A stretch of 64,000 nucleotides of DNA from an uncultured delta proteobacterium (GCA_963794325.1 CAWCDG010000004.1:1824001-1888000); one strand, 5' to 3'. Positions 37,937-47,641 are shown, counted from the stretch's first letter. The notes: generated by a model not told the origin, from the letters alone. Translations and numbers: made by a program.

Positions 37937-38443
37937 ATGCCGCGGCTCGGCGAAAGCGCGACGGCTGGCCACACCGTAATCGATCGCAAGCCGGCGATCA
38001 GTGCGGAAGAGCGGATGCTCACGTTCCACGCCCGCCTCAAAGAGCGCGGTCTCAAGTCCACCGGTCAGCGTGACGACATCGCGCGCGTGTTCTTCGATCA
38101 CGGTCATCATATCAGCGCCGAGGAACTGTACGCCCAGGTCAAGAAGATCAACCCGCACGTCGGCTATGCGACGATTTACCGGACGCTGCGGCTGCTCAAG
38201 GAATGCGCTCTCTTGTACGAGCGTCATTTCGACGAGGGACAGGCGCGTTACGAAGCGGTCGGCGAGCGCCATCACGATCATTTCATCTGCGAGCGATGCG
38301 GCCGGATCATCGAGTTCGAGAACGCCGCGATCGAGCGCATGCAAAATATCGTGGCGCGCGATCTCGGCGTTACGCTGACCCGGCACAAGATGGAACTGTA
38401 CGGAATCTGCCACGACTGCCACGCCCAGCAGCAAGGCATGTAG
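37937..38443 (+). CDS. Fur family transcriptional regulator
   Basis: TGQR, HISAEELY, ATIYRTL, HHDHFICERCG, GICHDC. Confidence 0.93.
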   Translation: MPRLGESATAGHTVIDRKPAISAEERMLTFHARLKERGLKSTGQRDDIARVFFDHGHHISAEELYAQVKKINPHVGYATIYRTLRLLKECALLYERHFDEGQARYEAVGERHHDHFICERCGRIIEFENAAIERMQNIVARDLGVTLTRHKMELYGICHDCHAQQQGM

Positions 38444-38485
38444 CCGCTAACCCGATCCGAAGTTATATGTAGGGACCGGAATCAC

Positions 38486-38962
38486 GTGCCGGTCAAAACG
38501 AAAAAAGAAGCGCTCGATTTCGTCAAGCGTCACGGCGCAGTGCTCGAATCCGCTAAGGGCGCTATTCCGAGTCTTGCGCATGCGATCGCAGGCGAGCCGA
38601 TTCGCGGCAGTTGGTGGAGCCATCCGAAGGGCAATCAGATCTACATGCTGCTCAACGACGTTAGCGATTCGCCCGACGTAGTGAGATGCCGTCTGGTGGA
38701 CGGCAAGATCACCCTGGTGCATCGTCGCCTGTGGCCGGCCCTGGTAAAGATGGCGTCCGCCTTCGACTCGGAGCGGATGTCCTCGGTTCGCGAGGAACAC
38801 ACCGCGACCGGCGCGCATCGAATGACTACGGTGAAATTTCCCGACTGGGTATCCGATGACGTCCATGCGGCTGCAAAATCTATTTCCGTCGCGAAAGCGG
38901 AAGAGCAGTTGGGTCCACTACTTACTAGTCGAAGCACACGCAAATCGGAGGCACGGCGATGA
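38486..38962 (+). CDS. Hypothetical protein
   Basis: IAGEPIRGSWWSHP, CRLVDGKITLVHRRLWP; coupled to the next gene by an ATGA overlap. Confidence 0.78.
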   Translation: MPVKTKKEALDFVKRHGAVLESAKGAIPSLAHAIAGEPIRGSWWSHPKGNQIYMLLNDVSDSPDVVRCRLVDGKITLVHRRLWPALVKMASAFDSERMSSVREEHTATGAHRMTTVKFPDWVSDDVHAAAKSISVAKAEEQLGPLLTSRSTRKSEARR

Positions 38963-39327
38963 TCAAAGCGCGCGGATTGAGGCACATCAATCTTAACGTG
39001 AGGGACGTCGGTCGATCGCTCAAGTTCTACCAGGAAGCGTTCGGTCTCGAGGTTAAATTCTGGGAAGGGAAGAACCTGGTTTTCATTCATTCGCCGGGCG
39101 TGAACGAAACAATCACCCTGTGCCAGGCCAAGGCGGACGAACCGGTGGCCGGAGGCGGCGTTTCTCATTTCGGCTTCTCGATCCCCAAAAACAGTCTCGA
39201 CGAGATGGTGCGGCAGATCGAGAATGCCGGCGGAAAGCTGCAGAGCCGCGGCCAGCATGCGCCCGGCGTACCGTACGCATACCTCACCGATCCCGACGGC
39301 TACGTAATCGAACTGGGAAATTCGTAA
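38959..39327 (+). CDS. VOC/glyoxalase family protein
   Basis: LRHINLNV, SHFGF, YLTDPDGYVIEL. Confidence 0.92.
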   Translation: MIKARGLRHINLNVRDVGRSLKFYQEAFGLEVKFWEGKNLVFIHSPGVNETITLCQAKADEPVAGGGVSHFGFSIPKNSLDEMVRQIENAGGKLQSRGQHAPGVPYAYLTDPDGYVIELGNS

Positions 39328-39701
39328 TGAAGCACGCGGGACCCGATGCACTCGATCGGCTCGAGCCGATCCTCGAAGAGATTCGGCGGCTCGACGGGCT
39401 CAAAGAGAAAAAGCGCGGATCATTCTACTGCGGGTCGAGCGGATTCCTGCATTTCCACGAAGACCCTGCGGGATTTTTCGCCGACCTGAAAGTTGGCGAC
39501 GACTACGTGCGCCTGCCGATCAATTCCAGGACTCAAACGCAGACTTTTTTGCGACGTGCCGCGGCCTCTCTCAATGCCGCGAAGAACGGTCGCGCTAGTC
39601 CGGCGCCTGGATGGCCGCAGATCGGCGCGCGGCTCGAGGAATCGCCTCGGGGCCCGCGCGATGGCGAAACTTCATGTCGTTGCCGCAATGCGGACAGTTG
39701 A
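39327..39701 (+). CDS. Hypothetical protein
   Basis: MKHAGPDALDRLEP..LKEKKRGSFY..FLHFHEDPAG; TAATG coupling with the VOC gene. Confidence 0.75.
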   Translation: MKHAGPDALDRLEPILEEIRRLDGLKEKKRGSFYCGSSGFLHFHEDPAGFFADLKVGDDYVRLPINSRTQTQTFLRRAAASLNAAKNGRASPAPGWPQIGARLEESPRGPRDGETSCRCRNADS

Positions 39702-39819
39702 CGTCGTCGTATTTGACGTAGCGTCCGCAGAACGGACACATGTAGCGGTGCCTCGCCTTCCAATAGAAGAACCCCGCCGTCATCGCGACCATCAGCAGTC
39801 CAACGATTGTTTGCCGCAC
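39595..39819 (-). CDS. Small membrane-anchored zinc-ribbon protein
   Basis: GTG after AAGGAG; TM helix then CPFCG..CPHCG. Confidence 0.68.
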   Translation of the reverse strand: MRQTIVGLLMVAMTAGFFYWKARHRYMCPFCGRYVKYDDVNCPHCGNDMKFRHRAGPEAIPRAARRSAAIQAPD

Positions 39820-39839
39820 CGCAGTTGCTCCTTGAGCGA

Positions 39840-41579
39840 TTAGAGCATCGGCACCACTGGACAATACGCGGCGCTGAAAATCGCATGACCGCTGAGCGCC
39901 GCATGAATCAGCTCGATCACCGGCTCGACGATTCGCGCCGCCGGACGCTGCGTGAACAACGCCGTCATCTTGCCCTTGCTAATCGATTGCAACAGTCCGG
40001 GCTGCGCCGGAAGTTCCATGATTCCGACCGGCTGATCCGGGGCGAGGCGCGCCAATCCCTTCGCCGCTGCCATCGCGTCATCAAGGCCGCCGAGCGAATC
40101 GACCAGCTTGAGCTTGATCGCCTGTTCGCCCGTCCAGACGCGTCCCTGCGCGACCGCATCGGCCTGCTCGACCGTGATATGACGCCCGTCGGCGACCAGT
40201 TTCACGAAGTACTGGTAGTTGCGCCCGATGTCGTCCTGGAACTGCTTCGATTGTGCCGGCGTAAAGTCGGTCCACATGTCGAACATGCCGACGTTCGCGC
40301 CACGGCTCACCGCGTCGGTGTTTGCGTAGATTTTTTGCGCGGCGGGCGTGATGTTGAATTTGCCGCCGAGCACGCCGATCGAGCCGGTGATCGTGCCGGG
40401 CTCGGCGACAATCTTCGCCGCCGGAATCGAGATCATATACCCGCCCGAAGCGGCGTATCCCGACATGCTGACCACCACCGGTTTCTTTTTGGCGGTGAGC
40501 TCGACCTCTCGATCGATGAGTTCTGACGCGAGCATCGATCCGCCGGGTGAATCGACTCGCAGGATCACGGCGCGAACATCATCGTCATCGCGCGCGGACT
40601 TGAGCGCTTCAGCCATGTCGTCGGAAGTCATCGCAGTCGTGTCGGGACCTGAAAATGGATTGATACCTTCGCCGCCGCGCTGAATCTCTCCCTCTCCGTA
40701 GATCACCGCGATTTGATCTCCGGTCAGATTGGAAAAGAGCCTGGCACGCGCGTAGTTGGTGTAGTCGACCTCTTTGTGGACCGAGCCGCCGTGATTTTTT
40801 ACACGCTCGCTGAATTGGTCTTCGTATTCGAGCCGATCCACCAGGTGCGCCTTCAGCCCCTGTTCCGCATGTATCGGCGCCTGATCGATCAAACTCTTAA
40901 CCGTGTCGGGACTCAAATTGCGCTCGGTGCTGATCGCGGCGACGATCTGATCGTACAAGCTGCCGGCCAGGCCTTCGTCCTCTTCTTTTTGCGCCTGCGA
41001 GAAATCCTTGTTGGTGAACATGTTGGCGGCGCTCTTGTACTGGCCCGCCGATGCGAAGTTCGGCGTGATTCCCATCCAGTCGAGCGTGCCGCGCATGAAC
41101 AGCTCGCGCAGCTGCACGCCCATCAGGTTGAGGTCGCCCTGCGGCATCAGCGAGACTTCGTCGGCGGCGCTCGCGACGATATAGGGCGTGTTGCCCAGGC
41201 CCGATTCACCGGCGGTCTCGATATAAGCCTCGGTCCATTTGCCGTGGCTCTTGAACGACTTGATCAGCGCGACGATCTCCTGCGCCTGCGCCAGCTCCAT
41301 CTCGGGATTGATCACCTTGAGTTCGAGGCCGACGATTTTCGGATCCTTGGCGCCCTGATCGAGCGCGTTGCGCAGCGTATTGAGCGCCGTCTGATTTTTG
41401 CTCAGCAGTCCAAGCACGCTGCTGTTGGCGCGTTCGACGACCGCTCCGTCAAGCTCGACGGTGAGAATCGAGTTGGGCTGCACGCGATGCGAGATGTGCT
41501 CCGAAATGGCGATGATCGCGACCAGCACCACGACGATGAGCACCGTTCGTAAAATCCATCGAAAAAAGCGTCTGATCAT
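39840..41579 (-). CDS. sppA: Signal peptide peptidase SppA, 67K type
   Basis: AGQYKSA, LRVDSPGG, YAASGGY, TITGSIGV, QGRVWTG. Confidence 0.95.
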   Translation of the reverse strand: MIRRFFRWILRTVLIVVVLVAIIAISEHISHRVQPNSILTVELDGAVVERANSSVLGLLSKNQTALNTLRNALDQGAKDPKIVGLELKVINPEMELAQAQEIVALIKSFKSHGKWTEAYIETAGESGLGNTPYIVASAADEVSLMPQGDLNLMGVQLRELFMRGTLDWMGITPNFASAGQYKSAANMFTNKDFSQAQKEEDEGLAGSLYDQIVAAISTERNLSPDTVKSLIDQAPIHAEQGLKAHLVDRLEYEDQFSERVKNHGGSVHKEVDYTNYARARLFSNLTGDQIAVIYGEGEIQRGGEGINPFSGPDTTAMTSDDMAEALKSARDDDDVRAVILRVDSPGGSMLASELIDREVELTAKKKPVVVSMSGYAASGGYMISIPAAKIVAEPGTITGSIGVLGGKFNITPAAQKIYANTDAVSRGANVGMFDMWTDFTPAQSKQFQDDIGRNYQYFVKLVADGRHITVEQADAVAQGRVWTGEQAIKLKLVDSLGGLDDAMAAAKGLARLAPDQPVGIMELPAQPGLLQSISKGKMTALFTQRPAARIVEPVIELIHAALSGHAIFSAAYCPVVPML

Positions 41580-41669
41580 TCAGTCCTCCGAAATGCGGAA
41601 AGCGCGCGATGCGTGGCGCGTTTCCTTGACAGTCGTAACTGGTATGAATAGCCAACCATACCCGATTGC

Positions 41670-42953
41670 ATGGAGCCAGTGGCTGAAAGAGAGCATTCCG
41701 AGCCTGCCGATACAGCAGCACCGCGCGAACTGCTGATGAACCAGCGCGAGGCCGGCGCGATCCATTTGAGGATCGTCGCGATTGCCTTCGCCGCGTGGAT
41801 TTTCGACTTCTACGATCTGGTGCTCTACTCGTTCCTGCTGGTCCCGGTCGCGCGCGAACTCCATCTGACGCCCGAGCAATCGTCGCTGGCGCTTGGAATG
41901 TCGCTACTGATGACGGCGATCGGCGGAGTCGGTTTCGGATTTCTAGGCGATCGCTTCGGGCGAAAACCGGCAATCGCAGCAACCGTCGCAATCTACGGCG
42001 TCGGCACGGCGCTGTGCGGATTCAGCCACAGTCTCACGCAGCTGATCGTCTTTCGATCGATCACCGGACTTGGCATGGGCGGCGGATGGGCTCCCGGGCA
42101 AAGCTTGATCGCCGAGAGCGTTCCGGCAGAGCGGCGCGCGCGATATGCGGCGTACGTGCAGACCGGCGCGCCGCTCGGCGTGTTGCTCGCGGCAGCGGCG
42201 GGCGGCTATGTCGCACCCGCAATCGGATGGCGCCTGACGTTCATGCTCTCCGGCGTACCCGCGATTTTCGTCGTCGCTGCCGTAATGAAGTGGCTGCCCG
42301 AGAGCGACGTATGGCGTCGCACCCGCACCGACGTGAATCACGGCGTCGATTTGCGCGCGATCCTGCTTTACCGGCGAATCTTTGCGCTGCTCTTCATCGT
42401 CGTGCTGCTCGACTCCGAAGCATACTGGTTCACGTATACCTGGATGCCTGGATATCTGGAGCTCAAGCGCGGGCTAACGGCGATAGCCGCGAGTCATCTA
42501 CTGATCAAGATGCAAATCGGCGGCGTGCTCGGATACCTGACGTTCGGACGCGTCGCGGACCGGTTCGGACGGCGTCCCGCGTTTTGCGCGTACGGTCTGC
42601 TGATGGCGGCCGGGACGATCCCGCCAACGATTCTGTGGAACTCAGCGGTGGCAGTGCCGGGACTAATCTCGGTCGCGATGTTCCTCGCGGGATTCGGCAC
42701 CGGCATCTGGGCGGGAGTCGCGCCGATGATAGCCGAATTGATGCCGACGCGAATTCGCAATACATCGCTCGGATTGCTGCTGAACGTCACGCGCGGATTC
42801 CAGTTCTTCACCCCGATTCTGATTGCGATACTCGGTGCGAAGTTCGGCTTCGGAGCAACGCTGTCGCTCGGCGCGGTCTTCTCGACGATGGGCGCCCTGT
42901 TGGTCTGGATTCTCCCGGAGACTCGGGGGCGGTCGATCACTGCGCTGGATTGA
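41670..42953 (+). CDS. MFS transporter
   Basis: FDFYD, GDRFGRK, ADRFGRR, PETRG; about 12 TM segments. Confidence 0.93.
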   Translation: MEPVAEREHSEPADTAAPRELLMNQREAGAIHLRIVAIAFAAWIFDFYDLVLYSFLLVPVARELHLTPEQSSLALGMSLLMTAIGGVGFGFLGDRFGRKPAIAATVAIYGVGTALCGFSHSLTQLIVFRSITGLGMGGGWAPGQSLIAESVPAERRARYAAYVQTGAPLGVLLAAAAGGYVAPAIGWRLTFMLSGVPAIFVVAAVMKWLPESDVWRRTRTDVNHGVDLRAILLYRRIFALLFIVVLLDSEAYWFTYTWMPGYLELKRGLTAIAASHLLIKMQIGGVLGYLTFGRVADRFGRRPAFCAYGLLMAAGTIPPTILWNSAVAVPGLISVAMFLAGFGTGIWAGVAPMIAELMPTRIRNTSLGLLLNVTRGFQFFTPILIAILGAKFGFGATLSLGAVFSTMGALLVWILPETRGRSITALD

Positions 42954-42973
42954 CGCCGCGCTGGATCCGAGCT

Positions 42974-43060
42974 CCCTCACCCGCTCGCCGACATGAATGT
43001 CGTCGGACGACCTCTCTCGGCATGCGGCAAGCGACCAAAGTCGCTAGCCGCGGGAGAGGT
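42974..43060. repeat. Family D-like nested hairpin
   Basis: CCCTCACCC..ACCTCTCTCG..GCGGC-A-AGCGAC-CAAA-GTCGCT-A-GCCGC-GGGAGAGGT. Confidence 0.6.
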
Positions 43061-43080
43061 AAATCCGTCGCCGCCAAGAT

Positions 43081-43204
43081 TTCCTAACATGGACCCTACG
43101 AGTACTCAGAGTAAACTCCGTCCCGCATCTTTCTTTTCACTGGGTGCAGGGGTCACCCCTGCCCAAGGAAGTTTGAAACCCACGGCGGGTTTCATTTCAA
43201 TTAA
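43081..43204 (-). repeat. Family A repeat copy
   Basis: Reverse complement TTAATTGAAATGAAACCCGCCGTGGGTTTCAAAC..GCAGGGGTGACCCCTGCACCCAGT..GATGCGGGAC..GTCCATGTTAGGAA. Confidence 0.88.
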
Positions 43205-43989
43205 GTTCCTTCCGGTGCCGGTAGCCCGAACACGCGCGCCGCGTTGGCGATTACTTGTGCGCCCAGGATTGTCGCATCGACGCGGCGGAGATTCGCCAGC
43301 ATTTCGAGCGTGCGAGTTACGTAGGCCGGCTCGTTGCGCTTGCCGCGATACGGCTCGGGCGCGAGATACGGCGCGTCGGTTTCGACCATCACGCGGTCGT
43401 CGGGGACGATCGACGCGGCCTCGCGAATCGGTGCGGAATTTTTGAACGTGATGATGCCGGAGAACGAGATGCAGAATCCGAGCGCGAGAAACTCGCGCGC
43501 CGCATCGGAGTCGCCGGTGAAACAGTGGATCACTCCGCCGCGCGGTGGAATGCCGGCTTCGCGCACTATCTCGATGAGCCGGCGCTCCGCGTCGCGGCAA
43601 TGAATCACGATTGGCAGGTCGAGTTCCGCGGCCAGCGCGAGATGCGCGCGCAGTGACGCTTCCTGCGCGTCCGGCGGCGAATGCATGTAATGGAAATCGA
43701 GTCCGCTCTCGCCGATGGCGACGACATTTTTCGACGCGGCGAGATCGCGCAACTGCGCGATTCGATCGGACGTGCAATCCTTCGCGTCATGTGGATGCAC
43801 GCCGACGGCGGCGAAGATATTTTCGTGACGCTCCGCGATTTCAACGGTTAGGCGGTCGTTCTCGATCGGTCCGATCGCCCCGACCGAAATGATTTGCGCG
43901 ACGCCGGCGCCGGATGCGCGTTCGATCACGGCTTCGACGTCGTCGCAGAACTTCGCATCCGCGAGATGACAGTGCGTATCGATGACCAT
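43201..43989 (-). CDS. tatD: TatD family hydrolase
   Basis: IDTHCHL, GVHPH, IGESGLD, IHCR, IHCF, ETDAPYL. Confidence 0.96.
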   Translation of the reverse strand: MVIDTHCHLADAKFCDDVEAVIERASGAGVAQIISVGAIGPIENDRLTVEIAERHENIFAAVGVHPHDAKDCTSDRIAQLRDLAASKNVVAIGESGLDFHYMHSPPDAQEASLRAHLALAAELDLPIVIHCRDAERRLIEIVREAGIPPRGGVIHCFTGDSDAAREFLALGFCISFSGIITFKNSAPIREAASIVPDDRVMVETDAPYLAPEPYRGKRNEPAYVTRTLEMLANLRRVDATILGAQVIANAARVFGLPAPEGT

Positions 43990-45536
43990 CAAGGGAGCGC
44001 TTTCTTTTCGACGCGCGGGAACAGCGGGGTGGTTGGATTTACGTGATGCCCCGGCTTGATGCCTGCGCCATACGGTGCGCGCGCTTGCGCTTCATCGACG
44101 TTCAGCAGCGCGAGGATCTTTTTTGACGTGATCGGCATGAACGGCTCGAGATTGTCGGCGACGACGCGCAGCCCTTCGACCAGGTTGGCGAGGATTTGTG
44201 CCACACGAGGAAGCTGCGCGGGATCTTTCGCGAGCGTGAATGGCGACGTCGCAACAATATATTTGTTGGCGGCGTCGAGCGCTTGCCAGATGGCTTCCAG
44301 GGCGCGATTGAAGGCGAGCTCTTCGACCAGCGGCCCGACTCGCGACGGTATCGAGGCGAATGTTTCGCTGAGCGCGATGTCTAACGGGTCGCCGCCGGCG
44401 CCTGGCGTCGCGGTGATCGCGCCTTCGAAGTATCGAGCCGCCATCGTGAGCACGCGGCTGGTTAGGTTGCCTAAGTCGTTCGCGAGGTCCGAGTTGTAGC
44501 GATCGATCACGCGCTGTTCGGTAAAGTCGCCATCGAGGCCGTAGGTGTATTCACGCAGGAGGAAGAACCGCAGCACGTCAGGCCCGAGCGTTTGCTGATA
44601 GGCGACGGGATCCTGAATGGTGCCGGAGCTCTTCGACATCTTCGCGCCACCGAAATTCAGATATCCGTGAACATTCAGATGACGATAAAGCGGCAAACCG
44701 GCTGACAGCAGCATCGCGGGCCAGTAGGTCGCATGAGTCTTAAGGATGTCCTTGCCAATGAAGTGCTCTGTCACTGGTAGGATCAGTTTCAATGACTCGT
44801 CGTCAGTGTTAGGCAGCTCGCTTAGGTAGGCCCAGAAGGCATCGTACCAGACATAGGTCACGTACTTGTCGTCGAACGGCAGCTCGATACCCCAATCGAG
44901 GCGCGCCTTGGGTCGCGAGATGCATAGGTCTTCCAATGGCTCATCGAGCATCCGCAGAGCTTCGTTACGATAGCGCTCGGGTCGGATAAAATCGGGATTG
45001 TTCTTGAAGTTTGCGCGGATAGCTTCGCGATGCTTCTCGAGCTTCAGGAAGTAGTTTCCTTCCTTGATACGCTCGACGGGAGTGTTATGCACCGGGCATA
45101 TGTTGTTGGGTAGCAGTTCCTTCTCGGTATAGAAGCGCTCGCATCCGACGCAGTAGAGACCTTCATAGTCCTTGAAGTAGATGTCGCCGCATTCATAGGA
45201 GCGCGCAAGCATCTTCCGCACTAAGGCTTGGTGCGCAGGATCAGTGGTGCGCACGAAGTAGTCATAGCTCACATCGAGCGCGGCCATTCCTTCGCGAAAC
45301 ATCGCGCTGATTCGGTCGGCGAATTCCTTGGGCTTCAGGCCGGCGGCCTCAGCCGAGCGCTTGTTCTTGTCGCCGTGCTCGTCGGTGCCGGTGACGAACG
45401 TAACGTTCGATGCGCCGAGCTTGCGCCTCTGAAAACGGGCGAACGCGTCGGTCGCCAGCGCTTCGTAGGCATGGCCGACGTGAGGCGGGCCGTTGCTGTA
45501 GGCGATCGCGGTCGTGATGTGGATGCGGGTGTCCAT
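43989..45536 (-). CDS. metG: Methionine--tRNA ligase (short form, no C-terminal tRNA-binding domain)
   Basis: HVGH, TGTDEHG, GLYCVGCE, YVWYDA, GKDI, KMSKS. Confidence 0.97.
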   Translation of the reverse strand: MDTRIHITTAIAYSNGPPHVGHAYEALATDAFARFQRRKLGASNVTFVTGTDEHGDKNKRSAEAAGLKPKEFADRISAMFREGMAALDVSYDYFVRTTDPAHQALVRKMLARSYECGDIYFKDYEGLYCVGCERFYTEKELLPNNICPVHNTPVERIKEGNYFLKLEKHREAIRANFKNNPDFIRPERYRNEALRMLDEPLEDLCISRPKARLDWGIELPFDDKYVTYVWYDAFWAYLSELPNTDDESLKLILPVTEHFIGKDILKTHATYWPAMLLSAGLPLYRHLNVHGYLNFGGAKMSKSSGTIQDPVAYQQTLGPDVLRFFLLREYTYGLDGDFTEQRVIDRYNSDLANDLGNLTSRVLTMAARYFEGAITATPGAGGDPLDIALSETFASIPSRVGPLVEELAFNRALEAIWQALDAANKYIVATSPFTLAKDPAQLPRVAQILANLVEGLRVVADNLEPFMPITSKKILALLNVDEAQARAPYGAGIKPGHHVNPTTPLFPRVEKKALP

Positions 45537-45600
45537 CAGGAGATCGAGAATAGCTTGAGTGTCAGTCTCGTGCGACTGGGGCGCCTGACTGACCCTCGGA

Positions 45601-45699
45601 TTGACTGTGTAGCGGAGCAATGGAAAAATCGTCGAAACTTTTTTCAGGGCCGATTTCACCGGCCGAGAATTTGCCAACGCGGTTGTACGCGGCGCGCGG
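45601..45699 (+). promoter_or_regulatory. Orphan copy of the array promoter + leader motif
   Basis: TTGACT-N17-AAAAAT then AATTTGCCAACGCGGTTGTACGCGG, with no SD or array ORF following. Confidence 0.5.
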
Positions 45700-45838
45700 T
45701 GCGGCGTTAAGAGTAAGCTGGCACCGAAATCGTCGTCATATTCCTGAATGCGCGAGAAGAAGGTTGCGGGCGGGGTGTCAACGACACTCCGTCCGCGTTA
45801 TTTCGCGATGCATATGACGCTTTATCTACCCAAATGAA

Positions 45839-45937
45839 TTGACTGTAGCTTCACATAGTGCGAGATTAGGCGCGCCTGAATTAGTTGACTGAGTGAAATT
45901 TGCCAACGCGGCTGTACACGCCGCGGGGAGGGGTCCT
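45839..45937 (+). promoter_or_regulatory. Promoter and hairpin leader of array gene 1
   Basis: TTGACT-N17-GAGATT; TTTGCCAA-CGCGGC-TGTACAC-GCCGCG-GGGAGGGG. Confidence 0.6.
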
Positions 45938-47641
45938 ATGGCAGGTTCGAATCAGCGCTTCACAATCGCGGCGTTTGCCTTGCCGCTTCTGTTTCTTGCG
46001 ATGTCCGGGATGGCGCGCGCCACCAACATTATTGTCAATACCACCGACGGTGGCAGCGACTCTTTCCCGCTGTGCACGCTGCCCGACGCAGTCACCGCGC
46101 ATAACATGCAGATGGCGACGAACGGCTGCGCCGCGGGAACCGGTCACGACACGATACTGTTCGGCGTCACCGGAAAAATCTTTATCCAGGATTCGCTCGA
46201 AATCATGAACGGTACCCTGACCATCCAGGGACCTATCTTCGGCTGCTCGGGGCTGGGGCCATGCGGCATTACCATCGACGGTGGCGGCCACGTTCAGATA
46301 ATCAGAGCGGACTCGGGCACCACGGTCTTCCTGACTACCCTGACGTTTAACCATGGATTCGCCATCACCTCTCCAATCATACCCGACACCGGAGGCGGGG
46401 CCGTATACGCAGATGGCTCCGATTTGGAGATCAACGATTGCCTCTTCGTGAACAATAAAGCGAAGGGCGCAGCGCTCCCTACAGCACAGGTTTCCGGTCC
46501 CATAGTTCCCACGGTTGGTGGTTCGGGCGGGGCTATCTACGCAAATTCCGGTAACGTCGTCATCACGAACAGCACCTTTGCGAATAATACTGCCGTGTCG
46601 TCGACTCTACCCATATCACCGTTTGTTTTGATTTCCGAAAGCGAAGGTGGCGCAATCTATGACACCGACGCCAAGATGTACATTACCAACTGCACCATCG
46701 CGGATAACACTGCGCAGGAAGGTGGCGGCTTTGCCCAGGAGGTCTCGTCTCCCCTCCCCGGCATCAAAGGTACGATCTTTCAGAGCAACACGGTCGGCAA
46801 TTGTTCAGGATTAGCTGCCGGTGACATCGGCTACAATATATCGAGCGACGATAGCTGCCCGTTCCCCCTGATTACGAGCTCTACGATGACCGACTCGCTG
46901 TTGAAGCCGCTCGCCAACAACGGCGGACCGACTGATACCTTCGCACTTGATCCGATGAGCCCGGCACTCGGCCGGATTCCGGTCGCCAACTGCACCGATC
47001 AGCAGGCGATGCCGCAGCCGCTGGGAACTGACCAACGGCTCTTTGGCCGGCCTGATCCCTACTATCCTCCCGGGTGCGACAGCGGCGCCTACGAACTCGG
47101 CGCACAACCCCCTTACGTGCTGAACAGTGACCGCGTGCAGATAGCCCGCAAGCCTACCACTACAAATTCCGATCAGGTCAACATGGGCTTGACCTTCACC
47201 GCGAATGGCGATGACTCCTGCGACCTGGGTCCGCAGGGCGATGAGGACGCGCTTAATTTTGGCGTCGGTGTCGCGCTGGTTGAGGGTACCTGCGCCAACC
47301 TTCCCAACAGCGGATTGTTTGTGAACCTATTCCCGTTTGTGGTGCATACGGTCAACAAGCAGCAATACGGAACCCTGTTCCAGACCATTGGGCCCGAGCA
47401 GATCTCGGCCAGGATGGTAGCGTTTCCGCCACAGCCGGGGGTATGCGGCGAGTGGACGCTGAATCTCGAGGTGTCAGGTCTCAACACTCCGGCCTTGGGA
47501 CTCGGCGGCAGCAATCCGTTTGCGATATTGATCACCGACTTCGTTGACGCCGAGGGATGCTTCGACATCAACAACGCAATCGTCGGCAATCAGATTCCGA
47601 TACCTGGGCACGGCGTGCGACGCGGGGTGCATCGGCGGTAG
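45938..47641 (+). CDS. Secreted beta-helix protein (CSLREA-like N-terminus, GGA(I/V)/FxxN repeats, choice-of-anchor Q-like domain), paralog 1
   Basis: Signal peptide ..ARA, CTLPDA, GGAIY/FVNN repeats, LANNGGPTDTFAL..DQR..CDSGAYE. Confidence 0.88.
   Translation: MAGSNQRFTIAAFALPLLFLAMSGMARATNIIVNTTDGGSDSFPLCTLPDAVTAHNMQMATNGCAAGTGHDTILFGVTGKIFIQDSLEIMNGTLTIQGPIFGCSGLGPCGITIDGGGHVQIIRADSGTTVFLTTLTFNHGFAITSPIIPDTGGGAVYADGSDLEINDCLFVNNKAKGAALPTAQVSGPIVPTVGGSGGAIYANSGNVVITNSTFANNTAVSSTLPISPFVLISESEGGAIYDTDAKMYITNCTIADNTAQEGGGFAQEVSSPLPGIKGTIFQSNTVGNCSGLAAGDIGYNISSDDSCPFPLITSSTMTDSLLKPLANNGGPTDTFALDPMSPALGRIPVANCTDQQAMPQPLGTDQRLFGRPDPYYPPGCDSGAYELGAQPPYVLNSDRVQIARKPTTTNSDQVNMGLTFTANGDDSCDLGPQGDEDALNFGVGVALVEGTCANLPNSGLFVNLFPFVVHTVNKQQYGTLFQTIGPEQISARMVAFPPQPGVCGEWTLNLEVSGLNTPALGLGGSNPFAILITDFVDAEGCFDINNAIVGNQIPIPGHGVRRGVHRR

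Noticed and set aside
44600-45300. Apparently lower-GC central part of metG suggesting a recombined segment
   Set aside because: Hand counts of only 120-nt samples (about 53% versus 60%) are too small to support it; a sliding-window GC3 analysis and phylogeny would be needed.
45719-45734. Sigma54 promoter TGGCAC-CGAAA-TCGT upstream of array gene 1
   Set aside because: The -12 element lacks the required GC, and a sigma70-type promoter shared with the other paralogs explains the region better.
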